64,000 bases of DNA from Eledone cirrhosa (lineage: Eukaryota), in contig OZ024744.1 of the NCBI GenBank assembly GCA_964016885.1, forward strand, positions 79,918,001-79,982,000, in the 5' to 3' direction. A model generated the notes under the pieces. The model had not been told where the DNA came from. It made no database searches and saw only the letters and a program-made list of their open reading frames with translations. A program made the position numbers and the translations under genes. Positions 24,198-37,380 of the stretch are shown here, in pieces; within the stretch, counting starts at the first letter, position 1, and each line of letters starts with the position of its first letter.

Positions 24198-24790
24198 TAA
24201 TTGTTTCTACTTTTGGCACAAGGCCAGCAATTATTCCAGTACATTACTGGTACTTTATTTTATCGACCCCGTAAGGATGAAAGGCAAAGTTAACCTCGGC
24301 GGGATTTGAACTCAGATCATAAAGGGAGGTAACTCTATGCTTCAAAGCATCGCGTCCAACCCTTTACCGATACTGCCAATCCACTGCCCTATTATAGACA
24401 CAAGGCCTGTAATTTTGGGAGAGGGGGAAAAGTCAATTAACCCTTTAGCATTTACATTACTGTATATTTACTATTGTATTTTTGTGGTAAAGACTTTATC
24501 TTTCATAATTATCTCACATAATATTAAATCTATGAGATTTTGATATTATTTATTTTGAGAATACCTTAACATCAGTGTGAGTGGCTGGTTTGAACAGAGA
24601 TGAGAGAACTCTGGCTGGATATGACCAGGGGATAACCCAGGGGATAACTGGTGCTTTATTTTATTGACTCCGTAAGAATGAAAGGCAAAATTAACCTCGG
24701 CGGGATTTGAACTCAGACAGTAAAGTGCTGTAACTATGCTTCAAGGCATGGTGTCTAATGCCCTACGAATACTACCAATCCACTGCCATA
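24198..24790 (-). mobile_element. Cluster of SINE A copies with a partial MITE P between them
   Basis: SINE A at ~24198-24390 and ~24640-24790; ttaa-ccctttagcattt at ~24437. Confidence 0.75.
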
Positions 24791-24797
24791 CTAGTAA

Positions 24798-24941
24798 CTA
24801 GCAGAATGGCCCGGCGTTGCTCGGGATTTGCCCTAGGGTTCTTATATATTTGATATATATTTATCCTTATCGAGCCTTGTGAAGTAAATACGTTTGTTTA
24901 TATTTTGTTATTGTGTATGCAAAAATATCTGTACATGAATA

Positions 24942-24975
<34 letters not shown>

Positions 24976-26377
24976 ACAGTACAGAGAAGTACAGAATACC
25001 TCGGCCTCGGGTTGGTGTCTACATTTTGTGCTTATAAAAAAAATTTGTCGTACATTACCAGGGCTTTTTTCTGTTCAAAGAAAATCAATACTTTATCGCG
25101 AAGTAAATACTTTTGTTTATGTGTATGCAAAAATATCTGTACATGAATATATAATTATAATTTTATATATATATATATAATCATCATCATCATCATCATC
25201 ATCGTTTAACGTCCATCTTCTACGTTAGCATGGGTTAGACGGGAGTTGTGCCACTTGAGGCAAGTTTGGTCGGGTGACCGTGTCTCGCTCATATAGGACT
25301 ATCTGGCAGGTTTTCTACGGTTGGATGCCCTTCCTAACACCAACCACATTTACAGTGTGGAACTGGGAACTTTTTACCGTGTTACCTACATGACCACATT
25401 ACAGCGTGGACTGTGATTTTTTTTTTTTTTTTTTTTTTTTTTTGTCGTGACACCTACATGATCTCGATCTCGATCTCATTATCTCATTTATTTGGACTGG
25501 ATGTTGTGGTACCAACTTTACAGAGTGAGGGTGGTGTTGGTAGGAGTGGGAGGATAGGGTAGGGGTAGTGGATTGGGGTGTATATTTGGTTAAGAGGTGC
25601 CTACTGACTGTAGGTTTCGCTTTGTACATAGGCAAGGCGGGTCTTCTGTATTACTGCGTAGCGCCAAAGATCTCGGTCCAGTGACATTGTCTTAGAGAGA
25701 TGTAAGTGTGTAAGGTCGGAATTTATCAGATCGTCCCAGGTTTTTCTGGGTCTACCTACTCCGTAACTACCATCAATTTTGATCGCCCTGCACTTTTTTA
25801 TGCAGCTGTCGTCTTTCATGCGCATCATGTGACCATACCAACTTAATCTTCTCTCAAGTTAGCAGCATCTGATCCCTCTTATTCCTAATTTCTCACTTAG
25901 TTCATTTATGCTTTGCCGTAAATATTTCGAAAAACATTACACATTATATATATATATACACACACACTATATATATATACACACACACACCGTGTCATAA
26001 TGACGTAATGCAGACAGCCAGGCATACAGACAGATATTATAAAGGCGCAACCTTACGGGGTCGATAAAATAAAGTACCAGTAATGCACTGGATAATTGCT
26101 GGCCTTGTGCCAAAAAGTAGAAATAATTATAAAGGCACAACGTTATATCTATGTATCTATCTAAAAAGAGAAAGACTAAGAATTAGAGAGAGAGATCGCT
26201 AAATCGCCTAATGTGGTCCCTAGAGCATTGAAAATTTGAAATTTTTCTTTGCTCAAAACACGCATGGGACCATAAGTATCACGTGTGTAAAGTTTGAAAA
26301 AACTCGGTTGGGTGGTTCTCGAGTTTTAGTGATTGTACAGACAGACAAACAGACATTCTCTGTTTTAGAAATATAGA
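24798..26377 (-). mobile_element. Non-autonomous Helitron-type element carrying nested insertions
   Basis: Minus strand starts A|TCTATAT (26377), has a subterminal (ctgt)n tract, a GC-rich hairpin cccgagcaacgccggg about 10 nt before the terminal CTAG|T (24798), and no TSD. Confidence 0.65.
25180..25920 (-). mobile_element. 5'-truncated RTE LINE (subfamily 1) nested in the Helitron
   Basis: ORF 25601-25828 DDSCIKKCRAIKIDGSYGVGRPRKTW; 3' UTR; (GAT)n tail. Confidence 0.9.
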
Positions 26378-26564
26378 TATTAGTAATAAAAATATTAACA
26401 ACAATAGAAGAGACAGAAATCAGTAAAACAAACATTGTCAGGTGTTTATTTTTTTTATGAAGGGAGATGGGGAGGTAACTGTGTAGAAATTTATTTCTAT
26501 TGTCAGTGTTACCAATCAATAGTTGAGGCAACATAATCTTTGTAATTACACTGTTACACTCTAA

Positions 26565-26825
26565 ACACTACGACTACCACCGCCACTACTACCACCACCA
26601 CGACTACCACCACCACTAACACAAACACTACTACTACCACCGTCACTACTACCACCACCATCAACCCCAATACAAACACCACTATTACTACCACCCCCAC
26701 CTCCACCACTAACTCTACCAACACTATTACCACCACCAACACTACAACTACCACCACCAATACAAAGACCACTACTACAACCACGGCAGCTAATACTGCC
26801 ACCACCACCACCACCACCACTACTA
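26565..26825. repeat. (ACC/ACT)n microsatellite
   Basis: Direct reading. Confidence 0.9.
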
Positions 26826-26930
26826 CATTGGAGATTGTTTGCCAATATGAAAGTCTGTAAATAAGTTAAAATCTGAATGAAATTGCACCTGTACATTAAC
26901 ACAGACACACACATACAGAGAGGCACACAT

Positions 26931-26971
<41 letters not shown>

Positions 26972-28150
26972 TACATGCCTTCACAAGCTCACACACAAAG
27001 GTATATGCATGCACACACAATATATATGTAATCACAGGCTCATACAGAAACAAATTCTCTCTTTCTCTCTCTCACACACACACACAGACACACACACACA
27101 GGTATATGCATGCACACATACACACACAATATATATGTAATCACAGGCTCACACACAAACAAGCTCTCTCTATCCCTCTCTCTCTCTCTTTCACACACAC
27201 ACTCACACAATGTAATCACAGGCTCACACACAAACAAGCATATGCACACACACATAACCACACAGAGTAAATTAATTTTTAAAAGTGGCTAATTAGCATT
27301 AGTTAACTAGACTTAACTAACATCATGCATTAAAGAATTCAGTGAAGAAAAAAACCAAAAAAACCAAGGAAAGGAGGAAGGGAGGTCATATGATCAAACA
27401 ATTATATTTCTAACCCCCCCCCCCCCTATCCTGCTACCCCAGGTATGAATAATATGTTGTATAATTAATTACACTAAAACACATCATACACACAGCAGAA
27501 CTAATCAGTTCAGCATCCAATCGAATCCAGAGGTCTTCTCACTCCTGTTCAAGGAACCTCTTCCTGGTTGACCTCCACCACTTTCCATCTGGTTTTGGTC
27601 ATGTCACGGGTGTACTACTTAACATGCTTGGCCAATTGCGGGTTGGTGAGGTTATTTAACTCATAGTTGGGGAGTTCAGCATATATATATATATATATAT
27701 ATATATAACACATTAACAGAGAAAGCTTTAAGCAATACTCCGACTGGCTTCCGTCTCACTCAACAAACATTAGGATATACCTTAGTATAATCCCAATTAT
27801 ACGTTTGGGGTGCTAACTATACGTATTTTGCGGATAGCCAGTTGTATTATTTTATATGAGACATAATTAAAATACATCTCTCTTTCCAAATGATCGTTTC
27901 ATTATAAGTTTTCTACAAATTGGAAAAAATAATGTCCAGGTTATGTAGAAGCCTACACATAGTCTGCAGGAATATATGTAGGTGGGCACTTATCAGTGGA
28001 TGCCCGACAAATATCGATATAAAAAAACCTTACCGATATTAATGTTCAGCGATGGTACCCCTCCGTGCTAGAATGACCGTCAAATTTGAAATTCCAGCAG
28101 TCTAACAATGAGAAATCTCACACTGCCATCAAGCGGAAATATGTATGTAT

Positions 28151-28194
<44 letters not shown>

Positions 28195-28195
<1 letters not shown>

Positions 28196-28492
28196 GTTTC
28201 TTATATAGGCACAAGGCCAGCAATTTTGGGGGAGGGGGAAGTCGATTAAATCGACCCTAGTGTGTTACTGGTACTTTATTTTATCGACCCCGTAAGGATG
28301 AAAGGCAAAGTCAACCTCGGCGGGATTTGAACTCAGACCATAAAAGGACGTAACTCTTTGCTACAAAGCATGGTGTCCAACCCTCTACTGATACTGCCAA
28401 TCCACTGCCATTAATAATAATTGTTTCTACTTTTGGCACAAGGCCAGCAATTATCCCAATGTATTACTGGTACTTTATTTTATCGACCCTGT
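28195..28492 (-). mobile_element. SINE A copies (one full, one truncated)
   Basis: Match to family consensus. Confidence 0.85.
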
Positions 28493-28820
28493 AAATTATT
28501 GTGTGCAGTGCTCAGGTGCTTTACAATGAAAGGTGTTGCACCTAGAAAGTTTACCTCCGAAGCACAAGCCAAGGTGGCAAGGTTTGTTTGTGGAAGACCA
28601 GCAGTCCCCCATGCATACCTGTCTCCCCTCTCCATGCCACCGATGTTGTCTAAGGGAAAGGCAATGACCAATACAGCTTGGCACCAGTGACATCACAACT
28701 CATTTCTACAGCTGAGTAAACTGGAGCAATGTGAAATAAAATTTCTTGCTCAAGGACACAACGCATCACCCAGTCCTCTCATTTGCAAGTCCAATGTTCT
28801 AACCACTTAGCCATACACTT
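28493..28820 (-). mobile_element. CORE-type tRNA-SINE with CR1-derived tail
   Basis: Head tggctaagtggttagaacattgg; CORE-like ccttgagcaag...tttcacattgctccagtttactcagctgtagaaatgag; last 33 nt match 2118-2150 at 30/33 positions. Confidence 0.75.
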
Positions 28821-28826
28821 TCACAA

Positions 28827-28860
<34 letters not shown>

Positions 28861-29182
28861 GTGTGTGTGTGTGTGAAAAAACAATGTTGTCTCTGATTGA
28901 GACAAAGCGAGATTGTATTTGAATCCATATAAAAATGAGAAGATTCATCGCGAGAACAGTCATTAAAACAGCTAAATACTGTCAAAGACTGCGATGGGCA
29001 AAAATGTTTCAGAGGACAGAGACCAGTGGCCAACAGAGACACAATCGTAAACTGTTTATTTTTGCACATTTGATATTAAATCATTTGAGATTGTCCCTAG
29101 TTCTACAATACAATACTGTTTATTTTTACACTTTTGATACTAAACCACCCGAAACTGTCTAAATTCTTGATTATTTTCCAAA

Positions 29183-29362
29183 TAATTGTTTCTATTTTTG
29201 GCACAAGGACAGCAATTACCCAGTACATTACTGGTACTTTATTTTATCGACCCCGTAAGGATGAAAGGCAAAGTTAACCTCGGCGGGATTTGAACTCAGT
29301 CCGTAAAGGGACGTAACTCTATGCTTCAAAGCATGGTGTCCGACTCTCTACCGATACTGCCA
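29183..29362 (-). mobile_element. SINE A copy
   Basis: Match to family consensus. Confidence 0.85.
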
Positions 29363-30604
29363 GGTTAAGGCAATAGAGTGTAATGTGAGAAAGATTTGGT
29401 TACTATTTCTAGCACTTTCTAGCACATCAAGCAGCAATATAGAGGTCTTCTTATTTTTTAGCCTCCTCGCCACCCCCAGGTCAACTTTGTTCAAGCAGAC
29501 ATGATCAAAAGCATTCCAGCCACGACCATCACATATGTTTCTTATGCGGTGCAGTTGTTTATTTAACACCAAGTCAGACAGTAGTCTAGTTTCCATATAT
29601 AGTCCCCCATCACTGTGTCAACTACATTAGCAGATGGCTACACTGCAGCTTCGTTTTTTTTTTATAATCAGATGTGGTCCCTAGTAAAGTGAAATTGGAC
29701 CTAACCATTAATGGGATACCAAACCCCTTAGACAAAATGTGAACTCAGAACATTAAGTGCCGGAATAGATACCAAAAGACATCTTGTGATAAGACTAGTA
29801 CTTTATTTTATTGACCTTAAATAAATGACAGGTAGAGTTGACCTCTGTGAGATTTGAACTCAAAACACATAGTACCACTTAGTTACCAAAAGATATTTTG
29901 ACTGACACTATCAATTCTGCCTATCTACTGCGATGGTTTGGTACTTTATTTTATTGACCTTAAATGGATGATAGGCAAAGTTGACCTCAGTTGGATTTGA
30001 ACTCACAACACAAAATACTGGAACAGATATCACAAAATACTTCATCTAATGCTCTAACTGTTCCACCAATCTACTGTGATGGACTGGCCCCATGATCCGA
30101 CACTTCCTCTCCTATTACAGTATGACCCCACTTCATTCATACCAGCATCATACCAATGATGGCGACATGATAAAAATGCACCTAGCCCACTCTAAAGTGG
30201 TAGTCCTTGTGTCCATGACAAAAGCACTGTTTATCCTGTAATGCGATAATGCTGGTGTTATAAAAAAAAATGTTCCCAGTACATGCTGTAAAATGGTTGG
30301 TGATAGGCGGAGGGGGGGGGGGGGGGGCGCATCCAGCCATATAAACCATGTTCTCAGCACACACTAATGTGGTTTAGTGTTAGGAAGAGCATCCAGCCAT
30401 AGAACCACCAAGCCTAAAATAGTTTACGAGCAAGACAGACATCTGACAAGACTAGTCACAAAACGAGACAATGCAAGCCTGGAAAATAGCCGTTAAACAG
30501 TGGTGGTACGAATTGATGAAGGGCAAAGTTGAATTTGGCAGGATTTGAACCACAGAGTATTATACAAGGTATTCCAACACCTTAATGACTCAGCTCACTA
30601 CCTG

Positions 30605-30857
30605 ATCATCATCATCATCATCACCATTTAACGTCCATTTTTCCACACTAGCATGGGTTAGATGGGTTGTCTCGTTTGACACACGTTGGGTCAGGTGACC
30701 ATGTCTTACTCATACAGGACTGTTTCTGGCTTGGTTCTATGGCTGGATGCCCTTCCTAATGCCAACCACATTTACAGTGTGGAATTGGGTGTTTTTCTCG
30801 TGACACCTACACAGCCACTTCACAGTGTGGACTGGGTGCTTTTTATCATGTCACCAT
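30605..30857 (-). mobile_element. RTE-related 3' UTR/tail segment that seeds the adjacent minisatellite
   Basis: (CAT)n + ttaacgtccatttttccacactagcatgggttag + ggctggatgcccttcctaatgccaacc. Confidence 0.8.
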
Positions 30858-32698
30858 CACAACCACATTTACAGTGTGGACTGGGTGTTTTTCTCGTGAC
30901 ACCTACACAGCCACTTCACAGTGTGGACTGGGTGCTTTTTATCATGTTGCCATCATGACCACTTTACAGTGTAGACTGGGTACTTTTTATCATGTCACCA
31001 TCACAACCATTTTACAGTGTAGACTGGGTGCTTTTTATCATGTCACCATCACAACCACTTTACAGTGTAGACTGGGTGCTTTTTATCATGTTGCCATCAC
31101 AACCACTTTACAGTGTAGACTGGGTGCTTTTTATCATGTCACCATCACAACCACTTTACAGTGTAGACTGGGTGCTTTTTATCATGTCACCATCACAACC
31201 ACTTTACAGTGTAGACTGGGTGCTTTTTATCATGTTGCCATCACAACCACTTTACAGTGTAGACTGGGTGCTTTTTATCATGTTGCCATCACAACCACTT
31301 TACAGTGTAGACTGGGTGCTTTTTATCATGTCACCATCACAACCACTTTACAGTGTAGACTGGGTACCTTTTATCATGTTGCCATCACAACCACTTTACA
31401 GTGTAGACTGGGTGCTTTTTATCATGTCACCATCACAACCACTTTACAGTGTAGACTGGGTACTTTTTATCATGTTGCCATCACAACCACTTTACAGTGT
31501 AGACTGGGTGCTTTTTATCATGTCACCATCACAACCACTTTACAGTGTAGACTGGGTGCTTTTTATCATGTTGCCATCATGACCACTTTACAGTGTAGAC
31601 TGGGTGCTTTTTATCATGTCACCATCACAACCACTTTACAGTGTAGACTGGGTGCTTTTTATCATGTCACCATCACAACCACTTTACAGTGTAGACTGGG
31701 TGCTTTTTATCATGTTGCCATCACAACCACTTTACAGTGTAGACTGGGTGCTTTTTATCATGTCACCATCACAACCACTTTACAGTGTAGACTGGGTGCT
31801 TTTTATCATGTTGCCATCACAACCACTTTACAGTGTAGACTGGGTGCTTTTTATCATGTCACCATCACAACCACTTTACAGTGTAGACTGGGTGCTTTTT
31901 ATCATGTCACCATCACAACCACTTTACAGTGTAGACTGGGTGCTTTTTATCATGTTGCCATCACAACCACTTTACAGTGTAGACTGGGTGCTTTTTATCA
32001 TGTCACCATCACAACCACTTTACAGTGTAGACTGGGTGCTTTTTATCATGTCACCATCACAACCACTTTACAGTGTAGACTGGGTGCTTTTTATCATGTC
32101 ACCATCACAACCACTTTACAGTGTAGACTGGGTGCTTTTTATCATGTCACCATCACAACCACTTTACAGTGTAGACTGGGTGCTTTTTATCATGTTGCCA
32201 TCACAACCACTTTACAGTGTAGACTGGGTGCTTTTTATCATGTCACCATCACAACCACTTTACAGTGTAGACTGGGTGCTTTTTATCATGTCACCATCAC
32301 AACCACTTTACAGTGTAGACTGGGTGCTTTTTATCATGTCACCATCACAACCACTTTACAGTGTAGACTGGGTGCTTTTTATCATGTTGCCATCACAACC
32401 ACTTTACAGTGTAGACTGGGTGCTTTTTATCATGTCACCATCACAACCACTTTACAGTGTAGACTGGGTGCTTTTTATCATGTTGCCATCACAACCACTT
32501 TACAGTGTAGACTGGGTGCTTTTTATCATGTCACCATCACAACCACTTTACAGTGTAGACTGGGTGCTTTTTATCATGTTGCCATCACAACCACTTTACA
32601 GTGTAGACTGGGTGCTTTTTATCATGTCACCATCACAACCACTTTACAGTGTAGACTGGGTGCTTTTTATCATGTTGCCATCACAACCACTTTACAGT
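30858..32698. repeat. 48-bp minisatellite, about 38 copies, two interleaved variants
   Basis: Unit accactttacagtgtagactgggtgctttttatcatgt(ca/tg)ccatcaca. Confidence 0.97.
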
Positions 32699-34164
32699 GG
32701 TGGCTGGAGACTTCACTAGATGTATGCTACAGCCTTTCCTCATGGGAGATGTATGGGAGGGTGGCTGAAGTGTGGTTGGGGTGGTGCATACTTTATATTA
32801 TATATATATATATATATATATGATTCAGCTGCAGCCTGTGCCCATGGGAAGGCGAGTCTTCTATATTACTGCATTATATACATACATACATATAGATACA
32901 TACATATATATACACATATATATATATATATATACTCTCATCTAGTGTGATTACTGAGTTGATTCCTTGCATCTCCCCTATATTAATGTTTGGCAAGGAA
33001 CCAGAAAAAAAAAAAAAATGGCCAGCATTAGTAAAGCACCACTCACATTCTGTAGTAAGGTAAGGGGTGTGGTGGATGGGGTGGGGACGGAAGACTATAA
33101 AACAAGAAGGGGGTAGCTCTGGATAAGCTAATTGAAAAACACTGTACTAAGAAATCTATTTCTATTCTGTCCATCCAAACAACAACAACAACAGCAATAA
33201 ACGGGAGCAATATAAACAACAATAATAATTGTGAAAATAAATAAATCGATGAGTAAAAATGGGTCAATATATTCATCCATTCATTCATGATTTGAATCGA
33301 TGTAAAAGAAGGAGAGTGTAGCGTGCATGTGCAAGGGTGGGTGTGCAGAGGAAGAGGCTGAGAATGTCAGGGAGGTTTTTTTTTTTTCCAGTCATTGGAC
33401 TCTCTTATATCTCAAACCATCTGCCATAGTTCATTTACATCATATGAGAGAGAGAGAGAGACATATATATATATATATATATGTATGTATATATATACTC
33501 ACACTTATACATATATAGACAATGGACATTAAATAGTGATAATGATGATACACCAGGGTGGAAAAATGGACGTTAAACGGAGATGATGATGATGATGATA
33601 ATAATACATATATATATATACATACATATATACATACATACATATCGGGACATAGAGAGAAAGCTCTTTGTACATCGATTTGCTGACCAATAACCCTATT
33701 GGAAGCCCTATAATTTACTCCAGCAGAGGGAACACATAATAGATATTGTTATTGGTACAGCAAAAAGACATCTTATATTAAGAGACATTGAGAGTAATAA
33801 CTCACTAGAACATAAGAACTTACTTAATGTTAGTAATAAAATGTCTCTCTCTCTCTCTATCATCATCATCATCATTTAACGTCCATCTTCCACGCTTGCA
33901 TGGGTTTGGATATATATATATTTCGTCAAATCAGATCAAGGAAACAATGTTTCCATTGGTCTTTCCAATTGCTAATACTATCTATCGGTCATAAATCCAG
34001 GTAGAAGGAGCAATGTGAAATAAAGTGTCTTGCTCAAGGACATAACGCAACGCCTGGTCCGAGAATCAAACTCACAACCTCATGATTGAGAATCCAATGC
34101 ACCTTCATTAAATATTTATTTATATATATATTTTTCCAATTCCAACCCGTCCCCTCGGTCTATC

Positions 34165-34303
34165 TTATTTCTCATTCTTTCTTCTAATGAAGGACTAGCG
34201 CCCGAAACTTTAAAATCCTCTTCCTGCTATATCAAGCGTTAACCTAATATATCCCTTCCATATACTGTACCGGTTGTGTTGTTATTTCTGTTTACCTTTC
34301 ACA
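34165..34303 (+). mobile_element. Second copy of the hammerhead-bearing Penelope-like remnant
   Basis: tctt-CTAATGA-a-ggactagcgccc-GAAA-ct-TT-aaaa; colinear with 7480-7620. Confidence 0.6.
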
Positions 34304-34431
34304 TACATACATACATACACACACACACATATATATATATATATTTATTAAAATAACATTAAAGTTTAAGCAAAGAATCGCTGCTTCTGAAACTCTTTTG
34401 ATTTTAGTCTTCACATTTATTATTATTATTA

Positions 34432-34953
34432 CTAGCAGAAAAACCACCCTTCGAGTGGTTTTCTGCTAGTATGTGTAGTGTGTATATTGATATTATACGC
34501 AAGTATATATACATGTAGATATGATACATCAAATAAAATCGTAATTGACAATATAAACAGAAATTAAACAAAAACGTTGTTACACTGTCTTATGTAATCA
34601 GTAACGTAATCCATGATACATTAAAAAAAGACGATGTTATATATAAACTGCATTAGGGGAACATTAGTGACAGAAAATTAGTATGTTTATTTAAGTGATC
34701 GCCACCGGAAGTGTTGACACTCTCTCTTGCTATATATATGGTAGTTGAAGTGGTGGTAACGATATACCGGAAGTGCAACTTTCAAAAGAAGTCAGTTTTA
34801 AATTATTTATTTTTCCAAAATTATTTTTGTTTACGAAATTTAGTAGATAAATTATGTAATATTCATTCATTATTTATTCAAAGTAATCCAACTTATTTTA
34901 CTAACGGGATAAAAAAAAAAAACCATATGCAGTCCCGCAGACCTTCCTTTATT

Positions 34954-34960
<7 letters not shown>
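34432..34960 (-). mobile_element. Probable Helitron-type non-autonomous element
   Basis: a-CTAG end at 34432 with hairpin accacccttcgagtggt; other end ccttcctttattatag runs into (TA)n. Confidence 0.45.
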
Positions 34961-35034
<74 letters not shown>

Positions 35035-35035
<1 letters not shown>

Positions 35036-35162
35036 CCTGCCAGACAGTCCTATGCGAGCAAGACAATCACTCTTGCCTCAAGTGGGACTACCCCCGTCCA
35101 AACCCATGCAAGCGTGGAACACGGACGTTAAACGTTGATGATGATGATGATGATGATGATGA
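35035..35162 (+). mobile_element. Very short RTE subfamily 1 tail inserted in (TA)n
   Basis: Essentially identical to the last ~120 nt of the 40184-42234 element. Confidence 0.85.
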
Positions 35163-35221
35163 TTGTTATGCTTTTGGAGGGTCATGTTGCCAATAAGAAA
35201 CACATGCACCAGTTGCTTTCA

Positions 35222-35267
<46 letters not shown>

Positions 35268-36029
35268 CACACACACACAAAGTGTAAACAAAGTATCATA
35301 TGCTTAACATGTATGTGCTACAAATGGTTTGGGGGTCCAGTTATGGCCACCTCTGTATAACGGAGAAGGTACTTTTAAACTGGCCCTTCATTCAGGCACG
35401 TGGGCAAAAAGTGCCTCCTCCATTATACAGTGGTGGCCATGTCTGCCCCCCCCCCCAAATTATTGATAGCACATACATGTTAAGTGTATGAAACTTTGTT
35501 AACGCTAAATAATCTCTTCCAACAGATCACACACTGTTTTCCTTTCTCGTTCATCTGTAGATTTCTACCAACACATGTGTGTATGTGTGTGTCCCCGCGT
35601 GCGAGTGCATGTGCACACACATACACACATATACTTTCTTTTATTCCATTACTAGCTGTAATCGTTGAAGTGTAGCCAAGCAGCTGCACCTCCATCAAGA
35701 AGGACATTTAATTAAATCAACTACTTCCAGTACTTGGCTGCTACTTTATTTAATGCCTCTGAGAAAGATGAAAGGTGAAACGAACCTGCGATTAAAACTT
35801 GGACTATAAAGAGGGATGACCAATAAAATACCACATCATGTTAGTGTGGATAAATGGACGTTAAATGGTGATGATGATGATGATTATATATTTAACTTGA
35901 AATATAGTGGACAGAGGCACCTCTGTGTACTTTTTTCCATCTGCATTGGGGGTGGAGTACTTTATCTGACTTTTCAACAATTATTTAGTGATCAACTATT
36001 ACTATAGTTATTTGCGTTTGGGACAACTC

Positions 36030-36470
36030 GCTATCTTCAGTTTGGTATTCGTACCAACCTTTACCTATGGTACTGAATTTGGGGTAATGACAAAAGAATA
36101 TGATCGTGAATACATGCAACCGAAATGGGGTTCCTTCAAAAGGTCTTTGGAGTAACATTACTTGATAGAATGCGTAGCTCGTTGATCAGAGAGTCACACC
36201 AGGTAGAGCCACTACGCTTGCGGATTGAGAGATCACAGCTCTGATACTATGGTTTGAATGAGGTTAGAGTGTTTCAAAAAAAGAATTGCTTGACAGATTT
36301 TATGGGAAAAACCAACAAGCAAGATAACATCCATGAGCGGTTGGTCATGCTTGGGGAACCAGCCGGATCAGTTGGAAACGGTTGCTTCTAACAGGACCTG
36401 CAGGAGAGAGTGTTTGAGGACTCTGCCCCCACTACCCTCTCAGGAATAAGTGGTTGAAGAAGAAGACAAT
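36030..36470 (+). mobile_element. Old RTE-group LINE 3' fragment (third family)
   Basis: Degenerate YGTE.W, EPL.LRIERSQL..YG motifs; homologous pieces at ~23300, ~62520 and ~62890-63130. Confidence 0.65.
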
Positions 36471-37157
36471 TACATTTCAAACTTTCTTAATGTCTTAAGT
36501 CAACTAGATATTTATATATTTAAACTTTTTAATAGCAAACAATCTGAAACTGCCCCTGGTTCTATTGATACAAAACTACTGTTTATCTATTTATATATTA
36601 TCTGTTTATATATTATGTAAAAACCTTTGCTATGCCCCAGACACTAGCTTTATACCAAGAAAGTAAGTTATATTACTAAATCACTTCAAATTCTTGAATA
36701 TTTTCAGAATTTTATAATTATAGACAGTAGAATAACACTTTTAATATCAAATCACCTGAAACTGTCCCTGGGTTTTATGATACTAAGCTGTTTATTTTAA
36801 AGTATTTATATTTATCTAAACAAATCTTCCAACATAATTCTATCTATGAAACTAAGTTATGCTTCAAACACCAACTTAATAATGGGAAAGTAAGTTATAT
36901 TACTAAATCCGTCCAAATTCTTCATTATTTGAAAATCACAGACAGTGTTTTTCAATAGAAATATGGAAACAAAATGGGTTAATGTATTTATATTTATATT
37001 AAAAAAAATAATTTTATGTAAGAACCTTTGTTAAGTTATGTTCCAGGCACAAGCTTAATAATGAGAAAATTATTTATATTGCTAAATCTTTCGAAATTCT
37101 TGATTATTTATAAAAATTAATTGAAAATCATAGGCAGTGTCATTCATTAAAAATAAA

Positions 37158-37380
37158 CCCTTTAGCATATAAATATATTACTCTATATTTACAATTCTAT
37201 TTTCATGGTAAAAGCTTTACCTCACATAAATATCTCACATAATATCGAATCTAAGATTTTTATGTTATTTATTTTAAGAACAATACCTTAACATCAGTCT
37301 TAGTGGTCAGTTATGGCCAGTTTGAACAGAAAGAGGTGAGAGAATTCTGGCTGGATACAGCCAGTTTAAATGCTAAAGGG
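37158..37380. mobile_element. piggyBac-type MITE family P
   Basis: ccctttagcat...atgctaaaggg followed by TTAA. Confidence 0.8.

Noticed and set aside
30874-32823. 649-aa ORF as a repeat protein gene
   Set aside because: By-product of a stop-free 48-bp TE-derived minisatellite; no splice or start context
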